Shown piece by piece: positions 34,312 to 42,141 of a stretch of 64,000 nt of DNA. Under the pieces are notes generated by a model. That model saw nothing but the letters and a program-made list of their open reading frames with translations, searched no databases and was not told the DNA's origin. The stretch covers positions 50,124 to 114,123 of the forward strand of contig PKTK01000013.1 in the NCBI GenBank assembly GCA_002869165.1, given 5' to 3'. The DNA comes from Candidatus Parcubacteria bacterium. GTDB lineage: Bacteria; Patescibacteriota; Patescibacteriia; Patescibacteriales; UBA12075. Every line of letters begins with the position of its first letter. Within the stretch, counting starts at the first letter, position 1. The position numbers and the translations under genes are program-made.

Positions 34312-35685
34312 TTAGAGTATTGTTGCTCCAAGTTCAGCAAGTTCGGATCTTTCACCCTTTTTAAGCTCAATATGAGCATAAAGCCTTTGGTCTTTCATTT
34401 TATCAATCAAGACACTTAGGCCATTGGAATTAATTCCCAAATATGGATGATCAATTTGACAAATGTCTCCTGTAAAAATAATCTTGGTTCCTTCACCTGC
34501 TCTTGTGACAATTGTTTTAACTTCATGAGGTGTCAGATTTTGCGCTTCATCAACTATCATATACATCTTCACAAGAGACCGGCCTCTAATATAAGCCAGT
34601 GGTTCAATGATTAACTTTTCCTCATCCAACATCTTTTGAAGTCTCTGAAACATTTCGGACTTCTCAGGAAATTGACTCCTTATCACAGCCAGATTGTAAT
34701 ACAAAGGCTGCATATAAGGCTTAATCTTGCTGTTTATATCTCCAGGAAGAAATCCAATGTCTTTGTTTGACAAAGGAACAATTGGACGTGCTAAAACTAT
34801 CTGACGATAGGAGCTCCTAGCTTCAAGCGCCGCTGCCAAGGCCATTAATGTTTTACCTGTGCCGGCTTTCCCACTAATAGTGACCAGCTTAACCTCGGGA
34901 TTTAATAAAGCGTGGACAGCAAATGATTGTTCGGCGTTTTTTGGAATAATCCCATATGCCTGTCTTTTAGAAACATGACGAAAAAAATGTCCTTCCCGCT
35001 CACCATCAGATTTAACAAAAGTTGCCAATGCAGATTTCTTGCCATTTTTCAATACAATAAACTCATTACAAGAAAACGAATTGGATTTTAGATTAAAATC
35101 ATCTACAGGAACACACTTACCTTCTTCATACAGACTATCAATTGCTTGAGAATTTACCCCTTCCTCCAGTCGACTTCCCGAATACAAATGCTCTACATCA
35201 ACATTGTCATTCGAATAATCTTCAGCATTTATCCCAAGCATGCAAGCTTTCATCCTGAGATTCACGTCTTTTGAAACCAAAACAACTTCCTCGTATTCTT
35301 TCTCTTTTGGATCAGCAGAAAAGCAATAAACAAAATTTAATATTTCGTTATCGTCTTTTTTCTTTCTAGGGAATGCCTTACTTAGATCATTATGGTATTC
35401 ATACTTATTGGGTTTGAGACGAATACAACCTCTGCCCTTACCAAGACTTACTCCTCCATTAAACATTGCCTTATCGTCAAAACTAGCAATGCGTCTGGTG
35501 AATGCTCTGGCATTATAGTTGTTTGTTACATTTCCTTTCTTAAAATCATCAAGTTCCTCCAAAACATGAGAACAAATAATAATATCATGCTCTTGAAAAT
35601 GTTCAGTACAAGAACTATCATGAAGGATTACATTTGTGTCAAGGATGAAAACCTTTTTCTTGCTACCACCTTGTTTCTTGGGCAT
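34312..35685 (-). CDS. PIN-domain plus PhoH-like ATPase (PhoH2/YlaK type)
   Basis: The PIN domain is VFILDTNVILHD. The PhoH Walker A is ISGKAGTGKTLMALAAA. Also present are VDEAQN and IIFTGDICQID. Confidence 0.85.
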   Translation of the reverse strand: MPKKQGGSKKKVFILDTNVILHDSSCTEHFQEHDIIICSHVLEELDDFKKGNVTNNYNARAFTRRIASFDDKAMFNGGVSLGKGRGCIRLKPNKYEYHNDLSKAFPRKKKDDNEILNFVYCFSADPKEKEYEEVVLVSKDVNLRMKACMLGINAEDYSNDNVDVEHLYSGSRLEEGVNSQAIDSLYEEGKCVPVDDFNLKSNSFSCNEFIVLKNGKKSALATFVKSDGEREGHFFRHVSKRQAYGIIPKNAEQSFAVHALLNPEVKLVTISGKAGTGKTLMALAAALEARSSYRQIVLARPIVPLSNKDIGFLPGDINSKIKPYMQPLYYNLAVIRSQFPEKSEMFQRLQKMLDEEKLIIEPLAYIRGRSLVKMYMIVDEAQNLTPHEVKTIVTRAGEGTKIIFTGDICQIDHPYLGINSNGLSVLIDKMKDQRLYAHIELKKGERSELAELGATIL

Positions 35686-36172
35686 TTTTCTTCCTTTGGG
35701 CTATAGGTTTTTGATTTTTCAGCCGTTTTATCCTCTATTTAATTGCCCGCTCCCGGCGAGCATTTGTTATCAATGAACTATTTTTTTCTTAATATTAGCA
35801 TAACATAAACATTAAAAAAAATCAATACAAAAACACCGCCCAATTTAAGAGTCCTGGCGGTGTTTTTGTTTCCTGCCTACAGTTCCTAAAAAACGTATAG
35901 GCAGGTTATTATCCCCATGCTCACCTATTTTCAAAGAAAATAGGTAAGAAAGAGAGGGCTTGTGAATGTTTTTCTTTTACGTTCTATCTTCTATTACTTC
36001 TTTTGCTTGTTGTTCGTTTTAGTATCTCCAACTTAAAACAAGCCCTTTTAATAGCTTTTTTAGCTATTTCTTGCTTCCTTTTTTTAAAGAACAGTTTGTT
36101 TTTTAATCTTTTGCGTTCAAATTTTACTGGAACGACTTATTTTTTATTTTATTTTACTAAAATAAGCTAACA

Positions 36173-36514
36173 TTAAACAATTTCTGATTTTTTTTCTATT
36201 ATTAGGGTATTTACTCCAATTTCTGAATGATTTATATAATTTTTAAAATTTCTTGTATTGATATTCTCTAACATATATATCTGAAAACTTCTAGAATTTT
36301 GACTAATTTTAGTACTTTCAAGTGACTGATAGGTAAAACTAAGAACTAAGGCTGAACTTATTACAATAAAAAAAGCAATGGACAAACTAAGGAAAAGTCC
36401 AGACCAACTGAACTCCTGCTCCATTGCTTTCTTTTTTATTGTATTGTAATACTTCCAGCCAATGTGACCAATAACTTCACCTTGGTTTTCAGTAATATTA
36501 GTGTATGCGTTCAT
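36173..36514 (-). CDS. Hypothetical single-TM membrane protein
   Basis: I used the ATG at 36514 (MNAYTNI...) because the promoter and palindrome occupy the upstream part of the tracked ORF. The TM helix is LFLSLSIAFFIVISSALVLSF. Confidence 0.4.
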   Translation of the reverse strand: MNAYTNITENQGEVIGHIGWKYYNTIKKKAMEQEFSWSGLFLSLSIAFFIVISSALVLSFTYQSLESTKISQNSRSFQIYMLENINTRNFKNYINHSEIGVNTLIIEKKSEIV

Positions 36515-36542
36515 TTTTGTGTTTTTGTGTTTATTTTTGCAC

Positions 36543-36568
36543 TTAAATCCACAATACTGTAGACTTAA
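36543..36568. repeat. Fifth copy of the 26-bp palindrome TTAARTCYAC-N6-GTRGACTTAA
   Basis: TTAAATCCAC-AATACT-GTAGACTTAA. It shares the extended flank TAATAGATTTAAGTC with copy 2 (9178-9203). Confidence 0.75.
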
Positions 36569-36578
36569 ATCTATTATA

Positions 36579-36607
36579 ATTGTATCAAATATTAGTATTT
36601 TTGTCAA
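36579..36607 (-). promoter_or_regulatory. Sigma-70-type promoter for 36173-36514
   Basis: The minus-strand sense reads TTGACA (36607-36602), a 17-nt spacer, then TACAAT (36584-36579). The palindrome starts about 4 nt after the predicted transcription start. Confidence 0.55.
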
Positions 36608-36625
36608 TGTGCATAACTTAAATAA

Positions 36626-36654
36626 TTGACATATTTTAAATTATTTATTATAGT
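36626..36654 (+). promoter_or_regulatory. Divergent sigma-70-type promoter for 36667-36909
   Basis: TTGACA (36626-36631), a 17-nt spacer, then TATAGT (36649-36654). The TTG start lies 12 nt downstream, so the mRNA is nearly leaderless. Confidence 0.5.
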
Positions 36655-36666
36655 ATTTACAATAAC

Positions 36667-36909
36667 TTGTTCTTTTTTAATAATAATTTGGAGCTAAAAA
36701 TTAAAATAACAGATGCACTAATTATAGGAATTTTCTTATTTTTTTTAAGCTATGCAACGGCTTATAGTGTTGAAATAATTGTTGAATTCTTTGGAGGGAC
36801 TATAAATTTTAATGGGTTCTTAAAAATGATGATGTTTGTAATATACACACCTTTCTTTTATATATTTGCAATACATAATTCAATAGAACCAAAAAATAAA
36901 GAGCTGTAA
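36667..36909 (+). CDS. Small two/three-TM membrane protein (TTG start)
   Basis: An 80-aa hydrophobic product. A terminator-like hairpin AAAGAGC-TGTAAAAG-GCTCTTTTTT overlaps the stop codon. Confidence 0.35.
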   Translation: MFFFNNNLELKIKITDALIIGIFLFFLSYATAYSVEIIVEFFGGTINFNGFLKMMMFVIYTPFFYIFAIHNSIEPKNKEL

Positions 36910-37061
36910 AAGGCTCTTTTTTATAAAATACATAAAATTTATTTTACTAAATATCCCAAAAAAGCCCTTGAATAGCGTTTTTCAAAAACTTTATTTTCTT
37001 TTAAAAAGGTGATATAGTTTTTGAAAGGAAATTTGTCTCCTTTTTTTGTTTTTCAAAAATT

Positions 37062-37135
37062 GTATCTGTAGCTCAATTGGATAGAGCACTTGGCTTCGGA
37101 CCAAGGGGTTGTGGGTTCGAGTCCTACCAGATACA
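37062..37135 (+). tRNA. tRNA-Arg (anticodon TCG)
   Basis: GTATCTG..GCTC-AATTGGATA-GAGC-A-CTTGG-CTTCGGA-CCAAG..GTGGG-TTCGAGT-CCTAC-CAGATAC-A. Confidence 0.85.
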
Positions 37136-37163
37136 CAAGTTTTTATACTTAAAATTCATAAAA

Positions 37164-37237
37164 GGCTGGGTAGCTCAGATGGTTAGAGCGCGGCACTCAT
37201 AACGCCGAGGTCGAGAGTTCAATCCTCTCCCCAGCCA
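37164..37237 (+). tRNA. tRNA with CAT anticodon (elongator Met, or Ile2 if lysidine-modified)
   Basis: GGCTGGG..GCTC..GAGC-G-CGGCA-CTCATAA-CGCCG-AGGTC-GAGAG-TTCAATC-CTCTC-CCCAGCC-A. It lacks initiator features (positions 1:72 are paired, and there is no GGG/CCC in the anticodon stem). Confidence 0.75.
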
Positions 37238-37318
37238 CATACTTAATTCGGATTTTTGATTGTGGATTGCGGAGCTACAAATTCCGAATTCCAAAATCAG
37301 AAGTCCGAATTTTGATAA

Positions 37319-37391
37319 GCGCCCATAGCTCAGTTGGTAGAGCAGTTGCCTCTTAAGCAAATGGTCGCAGGTTCGAATCCTGCTGGGCGCA
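37319..37391 (+). tRNA. tRNA-Lys (anticodon CTT)
   Basis: GCGCCCA..GCTC-AGTTGGTA-GAGC-A-GTTGC-CTCTTAA-GCAAA-TGGTC-GCAGG-TTCGAAT-CCTGC-TGGGCGC-A. Confidence 0.85.
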
Positions 37392-37785
37392 CAAAATAAA
37401 GCGCCGCCTGAATAGGGCGGTGTTTTATTTTGTGTGACTAGCAGATGAGAACCTGCTCTGAGGTGCAGGGGAAGAATAAAAGACAAGCTATTTGCAAAAA
37501 TATTATCAAAAACTAAACATGTTATTTTGATGGTGTGAGGCTTCCGCCTCTTCGAATCCTGCTGGGCGCACAAAATAAAAGACGTCTCGAAGAGGCGTTT
37601 TTTGTTTTGTGTGACTAGCAGATGAGAACCTGCTCTGAGGTACAGGGGAAGAATAAAAGACAAGTTATTTGCAAAAATATTATCAAAAAACTAAACATGT
37701 TATTTTGATGGTGTGAGGCTTCCGCCTCTTCGAATCCTGCTGGGCGCACAAAATAAAAGACGTCTCGAAGAGGCGTTTTTTGTAT
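37372..37785 (+). repeat. Tandem array of about 179-bp units, each beginning with the tRNA-Lys T-loop-to-3'-end segment (att-like)
   Basis: TTCGAATCCTGCTGGGCGCACAAAATAAA occurs at 37372, 37551 and 37729. The two intervening units are near-identical and end in GGTGTGAGGCTTCCGCCTC. Confidence 0.85.
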
Positions 37786-37799
37786 TTAAAAAAATTTTG

Positions 37800-37838
37800 C
37801 AAAAAAAAAGAAGGGCCGTACATTTTTGTACGACCCTT
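37800..37838 (-). terminator. Strong intrinsic terminator (minus strand)
   Basis: The minus-strand sense reads AGGGTCGTACA-AAAA-TGTACGGCCCT followed by TCTTTTTTTTT. Confidence 0.8.
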
Positions 37839-38408
37839 GCACCAGTTATGTTTTATGTTAGAGTCAGAGCATTTTACCTCCATTTTTCTGGGCAGATTCC
37901 AGGCGCTTTTCGTTTGGCCTGGATTGGATTTATGACATTTTTCTATGACCGCTGCAATGACCTCGTCTTATCGCGGCTCCCTGCTCCAATACCTCTATGG
38001 GTATGGGGGGGAGCAAGCGCATCATTTTTGACGTTCCAGTTCATCGCAGTACTTCCGAAATGGTGCCGAATTTACTTATCGACCGGTGACTTGAGATTTT
38101 CAAAGTTTTTAGATGGTCAGTCGCATCTGTTCTCCTCTTTCGCCGGAAGAATTGTGCCAGAGCAATTCGTTGCTCCCGAGCACAGGAATGAAAGATTACC
38201 GGGACTATCCAAGGTGCTGTATGGAGCAGTTCCATGACAGCGGGCTTAATCCAGTTCTTCTTCAGGTATTGTCTGCTTAAATCTTTACGGCGGGTCTTTG
38301 TTTGGCACGATTGCCTCTTTGTTGAGGTTAAGGTTTTTTGCGGTTTCTTTAAATGTACTTACATCTTTTTCTTATCGCGGCCCTCTTGGCCTGCATCGAT
38401 GCATAATT
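37803..38408 (-). ncRNA. Candidate large (about 600 nt) structured non-coding RNA of unknown class
   Basis: It is bounded by a canonical promoter and terminator. Two hand-counted 60-nt samples gave 45-52% G+C, against about 22% in a flanking sample. All frames are broken and no Shine-Dalgarno-led ORF exists. There are several 5-9-bp local hairpins. The class is not identifiable by eye. Confidence 0.45.
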
Positions 38409-38414
38409 GTTTTC

Positions 38415-38443
38415 ACTATATCATATATAAGTATATTTGTCAA
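38415..38443 (-). promoter_or_regulatory. Sigma-70-type promoter driving the candidate ncRNA
   Basis: The minus-strand sense reads TTGACA (38443-38438), a 17-nt spacer, then TATAGT (38420-38415). This is the same architecture as promoters upstream of several genes in this window. Confidence 0.6.
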
Positions 38444-38480
38444 GTATTTAATTTTTAAATTTAGGTTATTAGCTAAAATT

Positions 38481-38521
38481 AAAGAAAAAATGCCTTGATT
38501 ATTTTATAAATCAAGGCATTT
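38481..38521 (-). terminator. Intrinsic terminator-like hairpin (better T-run on the minus strand)
   Basis: AATGCCTTGAT-N10-ATCAAGGCATT. In minus-strand sense it is followed by TTTTTTCTTT. Confidence 0.5.
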
Positions 38522-38740
38522 TAGTTTGAATCACAAAAAAATAATTCCCTAAAACAAATACTGTCTTTTTGTGAAAAAATAATCTATTTTTTTCATACTC
38601 CTTGTTCAGCACTTTTAAGCTTACTCCCAGAATACTAAAAAATAAAAATATTTGCTTTATTTCCTTATTATTTTGGATTCTTTATTAACAAACCATAACT
38701 AAACCTTATCGAATACTTCCGCCCAGAATAGCTGATTTGT

Positions 38741-38773
38741 TAATAAAACGCGGAAGTTTTTGAAACTTCCGCG
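38741..38773 (-). terminator. Intrinsic terminator (minus strand) inside an ORF-free stretch
   Basis: The minus-strand sense reads CGCGGAAGTT-TCAAAA-AACTTCCGCG followed by TTTTATT. Confidence 0.55.
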
Positions 38774-39093
38774 ACTACGTGATGGATTTAGCCAATAATT
38801 TATCTTGGTATCCGGTCAAGTACCTTGAAAAACTACTGACAGACAGAGGAAATTTTAGCCAAATAAGCTCTTCCGCACTGGTTTGTGTATACGCTTTTCT
38901 ATCATGAATTCTTTTTTTTGTTTAAAATTAACATTTTTTCCTTAACCTCCTCCAAGGTTGTTTTCTCTATTGATATTTTTATTATGTGCGTCAATAGAGC
39001 GCACTTGAATCAGGTAACCATAGTCACTCCCGTTTTTGTTTTGGAAAGAGCTTTTTAATATTTTAGCCGATTTTTTTTATTTTGTAAAGTTAG

Positions 39094-39798
39094 CTATTTT
39101 GTTAAGACTAAATAATAATTGTATTTATCTGTAAAAATCTTTTTTTTCTTAAAACCAGCTTTTTTGGCAATTTTTTTGAGTTGTTTTTTGGAAAAAGCAT
39201 GATAATATCTTTGTGATACTCGCTCACCTGCTTGATTCTTCCAATCCCACAAAATATCTCCAAAATCCATTTTATTTTTTCTAATCAATTTAAGGAAAAA
39301 AAAGCGCCAAATTAGTTTTCCGTATGTTTCATGACGCCAGAGATTCCAAACTGTGACTACCACGGTTCCACCTTTCTTGGTCTTGTTCCACAGCTGTCGC
39401 AGAGCCTGAGTTTGCATTTCCTGCCCTGGCAAATGATGTAAAACAGCAATTGAAAATACAAAGTCAAAGTCATACTCTTTGACTTCGCCCAAATTTAATA
39501 TATCTCCTTTTCGAAAATCTGCATCTTTATAATTTTCCTTAGCATGACTCAATAATTTTTCGCAAGTATCCAGGCCAATATATTTTACTTCTTTCCCTAT
39601 AAAAGCTTCTTGGAGTCTACCATTACCACAACCAACATCAAGAATCTTGTCACCTGATTTAACCTGTTTGGTGATTTTGATAAGCTCATTCCAAAGAGGA
39701 AACATATTCTTCTTTCTAGTTTCGTTGTACTGATCTGCTATACTGTCATAGTTTCTCTCAACAATCTTGAGTAACTCTTTTTGTGTTTGTTTATTCAT
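39094..39798 (-). CDS. Class I SAM-dependent methyltransferase
   Basis: Contains motif I ILDVGCGNGRL, and later the post-I and motif II-like stretch FDFVFSIAVLHHL. Confidence 0.75.
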   Translation of the reverse strand: MNKQTQKELLKIVERNYDSIADQYNETRKKNMFPLWNELIKITKQVKSGDKILDVGCGNGRLQEAFIGKEVKYIGLDTCEKLLSHAKENYKDADFRKGDILNLGEVKEYDFDFVFSIAVLHHLPGQEMQTQALRQLWNKTKKGGTVVVTVWNLWRHETYGKLIWRFFFLKLIRKNKMDFGDILWDWKNQAGERVSQRYYHAFSKKQLKKIAKKAGFKKKKIFTDKYNYYLVLTK

Positions 39799-39808
39799 TT
39801 ATACAATT

Positions 39809-39858
39809 TGTCATCCTGGGGTTACGAAGCGAATACGAAGGAGAGCCTCAAAATGACA
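39809..39858. repeat. Family A repeat unit
   Basis: TGTCATCCTGGGGTTACGAAGCGAATACGAAGGAGAGCCTCAAAATGACA. Confidence 0.6.
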
Positions 39859-39882
39859 AAGAATAATATTTTTTAAATAGTA

Positions 39883-41970
39883 TTATAAATGGAGTATTAA
39901 TTTAATTGTATCATAGTCAACTGTTTCTCCCAATTCTTCATAAATTGGTTTCAACTTTTCGTCTCCTACTTTTTTAATAGCTTTTTTAACTGCCTTGATA
40001 TCAGCATCATTTACTAATTTCTTGATTTCTGTTTTTGGCAATACTTTTTTGTCTACTAAGTAAGAAATATGGTCTACTACAGTAGATTTTTTGATTCCTC
40101 TTTCACTAGCAATCTCATCAAGACTTAGACCGCGGTTATAAAGCTCTAATGTTTCTAATTGAGTTAGCTTGGTGCCAAGCATGGATCCGCCTGATTTGCT
40201 TTCAATTTTTTCTTTTCGTTTTTTTATATATTCACTTCTTTCTTCTGAGTGATAAGAGTTCAAACATACATCACATCTTCCACACTTACCGCTCATTTCT
40301 TCACCAAAATAATCAAGCATATACTTCTGTCGACATATTGTCTCATATACATAATCTTCCATTCGGTCTAACTTCTCATAAGCTTCTCGCAATTTTTTCT
40401 TGAGCCCGAGATCCTCTAATTTTATTTTCTTTGGTTCTTCTTTTTGTAGTATCCTAATCTCACTTCCTCGAAAAGGAGGTTTGTACTCGAACAAATTTTG
40501 CTCAACCATTTTTTTAATAACCCGTAAAAGCGAATCCTTCTTTATTTCCAGGGTATCAGCTGTTAATTCAAGATTGATGTCCCAACCATTTTCTAGTTCA
40601 CTGGTGTATTTATCTTTGAGCTTAGAAAATATTTCTTTTTGTTTTTTTGCTCTGGGACTTATCTGATCCATTATGTAATCAACATTCTTGAGTGCTTTAA
40701 TATAAGCTGAACCTGTTTTTTCACTAGAACGAGAAACCAGACCAAGTTTTTCCAAAATCTTAATACTTGTACCAATCGCCATATCAGGTACTGTTCCCAA
40801 TAACATCTCGGCGATTTCAGCATAAGTGATCATTACGATGTCAGTTTCGTAAGAAAGCAAGATATTATAAATCTCTCTAATTATTTCAGGTGGCGGATTA
40901 TCCCCTTTGATAAAAAATTCATGCAAATGCCTGTCACGCGAATTAAAAAGAAGCATGCACAAACTAGCCTTACCATCTCGACCTGCCCTACCTGCTTCTT
41001 GATAATATGCCTCAACTGTTCCTGGCATATCATAATGCACTACATAACGCACATCCCTCTTGTCAATTCCCAAGCCAAAAGCATTGGTAGCGACGATTAC
41101 TCGAACATCAGACTGAAGAAATCTATTCTGTACCCACTTTCGATCATTTGCTTCCATGCCAGCATGGTATGATACTGCTTCAATATTGTTTTCTAATAAA
41201 ATTTGCGTCAATTCATCTACTCTTGATCTGGTGCTAGCATAAACTATACCCGTTTCCGTAGGAAAAGAATTTACCACATCCATGACTAGTTGTGGTTTTC
41301 TTGCTTCCTTGGCCTGAACTACACCAAACTGCAAATTTGGTCTCCTAAAACCAGTTATTACTCTTTGTGGATTTTTCAAATCAAGTTGTTTTATAATATC
41401 TTCCTTTACTTCAGGTGTAGCAGTAGCTGTAAGTGCTACCACGGTGGGATTGTTTAAGTGATCAATAGCAAATTTGAGCCTGGTGTAACTAGGACGAAAA
41501 TCATGACCCCATTGACTAATACAATGCGCTTCATCAACGGCAAATAAACCAACTTTAATATTTTTCAAACTATCTAAAAAATGCTGATTATAGAATCTTT
41601 CAGGGGCAATATAAAGCAATTTAAAATTTCCCAGTTTAACCCCTTCTAGTCTCTTTCTTGTTTCATCCAGACTGATAGATGAATTAATAAATGTTGCTGG
41701 AATACCAATATCAGTCAGTGAATCGACCTGATCCTTCATGAGAGCGATTAAGGGAGAAATTACAATAGTAACACCTTCCATTACCAAGGCTGGCAGTTGA
41801 TAACAAAGCGACTTTCCACCTCCAGTTGGCATGATCACTAAAGTGTCATTTTGCGTTAACAAATTATCAATAACGTTTTCCTGCCCAGGTCGAAAATCAT
41901 CATAACCCCAATGAAGTTTAAGTAATTCTTTAGCTTGTTGTTTTTTGTCATTTATATTCATAATACTCAT
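39883..41970 (-). CDS. recQ: ATP-dependent DNA helicase RecQ (C-terminal HTH-like module in place of a clear HRDC domain)
   Basis: Contains [37 protein letters not shown], and the zinc-binding CGRCDVC. I placed the start at the ATG at 41970; the tracked GTG at 42003 adds a hydrophobic leader. Confidence 0.85.
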   Translation of the reverse strand: MSIMNINDKKQQAKELLKLHWGYDDFRPGQENVIDNLLTQNDTLVIMPTGGGKSLCYQLPALVMEGVTIVISPLIALMKDQVDSLTDIGIPATFINSSISLDETRKRLEGVKLGNFKLLYIAPERFYNQHFLDSLKNIKVGLFAVDEAHCISQWGHDFRPSYTRLKFAIDHLNNPTVVALTATATPEVKEDIIKQLDLKNPQRVITGFRRPNLQFGVVQAKEARKPQLVMDVVNSFPTETGIVYASTRSRVDELTQILLENNIEAVSYHAGMEANDRKWVQNRFLQSDVRVIVATNAFGLGIDKRDVRYVVHYDMPGTVEAYYQEAGRAGRDGKASLCMLLFNSRDRHLHEFFIKGDNPPPEIIREIYNILLSYETDIVMITYAEIAEMLLGTVPDMAIGTSIKILEKLGLVSRSSEKTGSAYIKALKNVDYIMDQISPRAKKQKEIFSKLKDKYTSELENGWDINLELTADTLEIKKDSLLRVIKKMVEQNLFEYKPPFRGSEIRILQKEEPKKIKLEDLGLKKKLREAYEKLDRMEDYVYETICRQKYMLDYFGEEMSGKCGRCDVCLNSYHSEERSEYIKKRKEKIESKSGGSMLGTKLTQLETLELYNRGLSLDEIASERGIKKSTVVDHISYLVDKKVLPKTEIKKLVNDADIKAVKKAIKKVGDEKLKPIYEELGETVDYDTIKLILHL

Positions 41971-42141
41971 ATTAGCAATAATAAAAAATATTAGCAATTT
42001 CACTTGAAATTAGCTAAAATTATTGCTAAAATAGTATAACATTAATTATAGATTCTTGAGACTATTAAGACCATTGGGATCCTTGCTCAATCTTAAGGGT
42101 TCCAAAAATCACAAATATCTCAAGAATCCTAACGCAATTAT

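Noticed and set aside
37175-38237. Tracked ORFs 37175-37663(-), 37683-37883(-), 37713-38237(+) and 38041-38235(-).
   Set aside because: They run through three tRNA genes, the 179-bp tandem repeats and the candidate ncRNA. They lack Shine-Dalgarno sequences and have repeat-derived or K/R-rich sequences.
37850-38420. RNase P RNA on the plus strand. ACAGCGGGCTTA at about 38236 resembles the CR-V motif ACAGAAnCCGGCUUA. GGAGCAAG and GGGCAG..CCAGG also resemble type-A segments.
   Set aside because: No GGAAAGUCC-type CR-I is present. The AGATGG (CR-IV-like) and CR-V-like segments are more than 100 nt apart instead of adjacent. The only good promoter and terminator are on the opposite strand.
37850-38420. 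A decayed tyrosine-recombinase (integrase) pseudogene next to the tRNA-Lys att-like repeats. One minus-strand frame reads ..SPVDK*IRHHFGSTAMN.., reminiscent of the H-x-L-R-H-x-x-x-T box II.
   Set aside because: There is only one short, weak motif, no box I arginine context and no terminal Tyr motif. The unit is about 600 nt, against the 1 kb or more an integrase needs. I kept it as the main alternative to test with tblastx.
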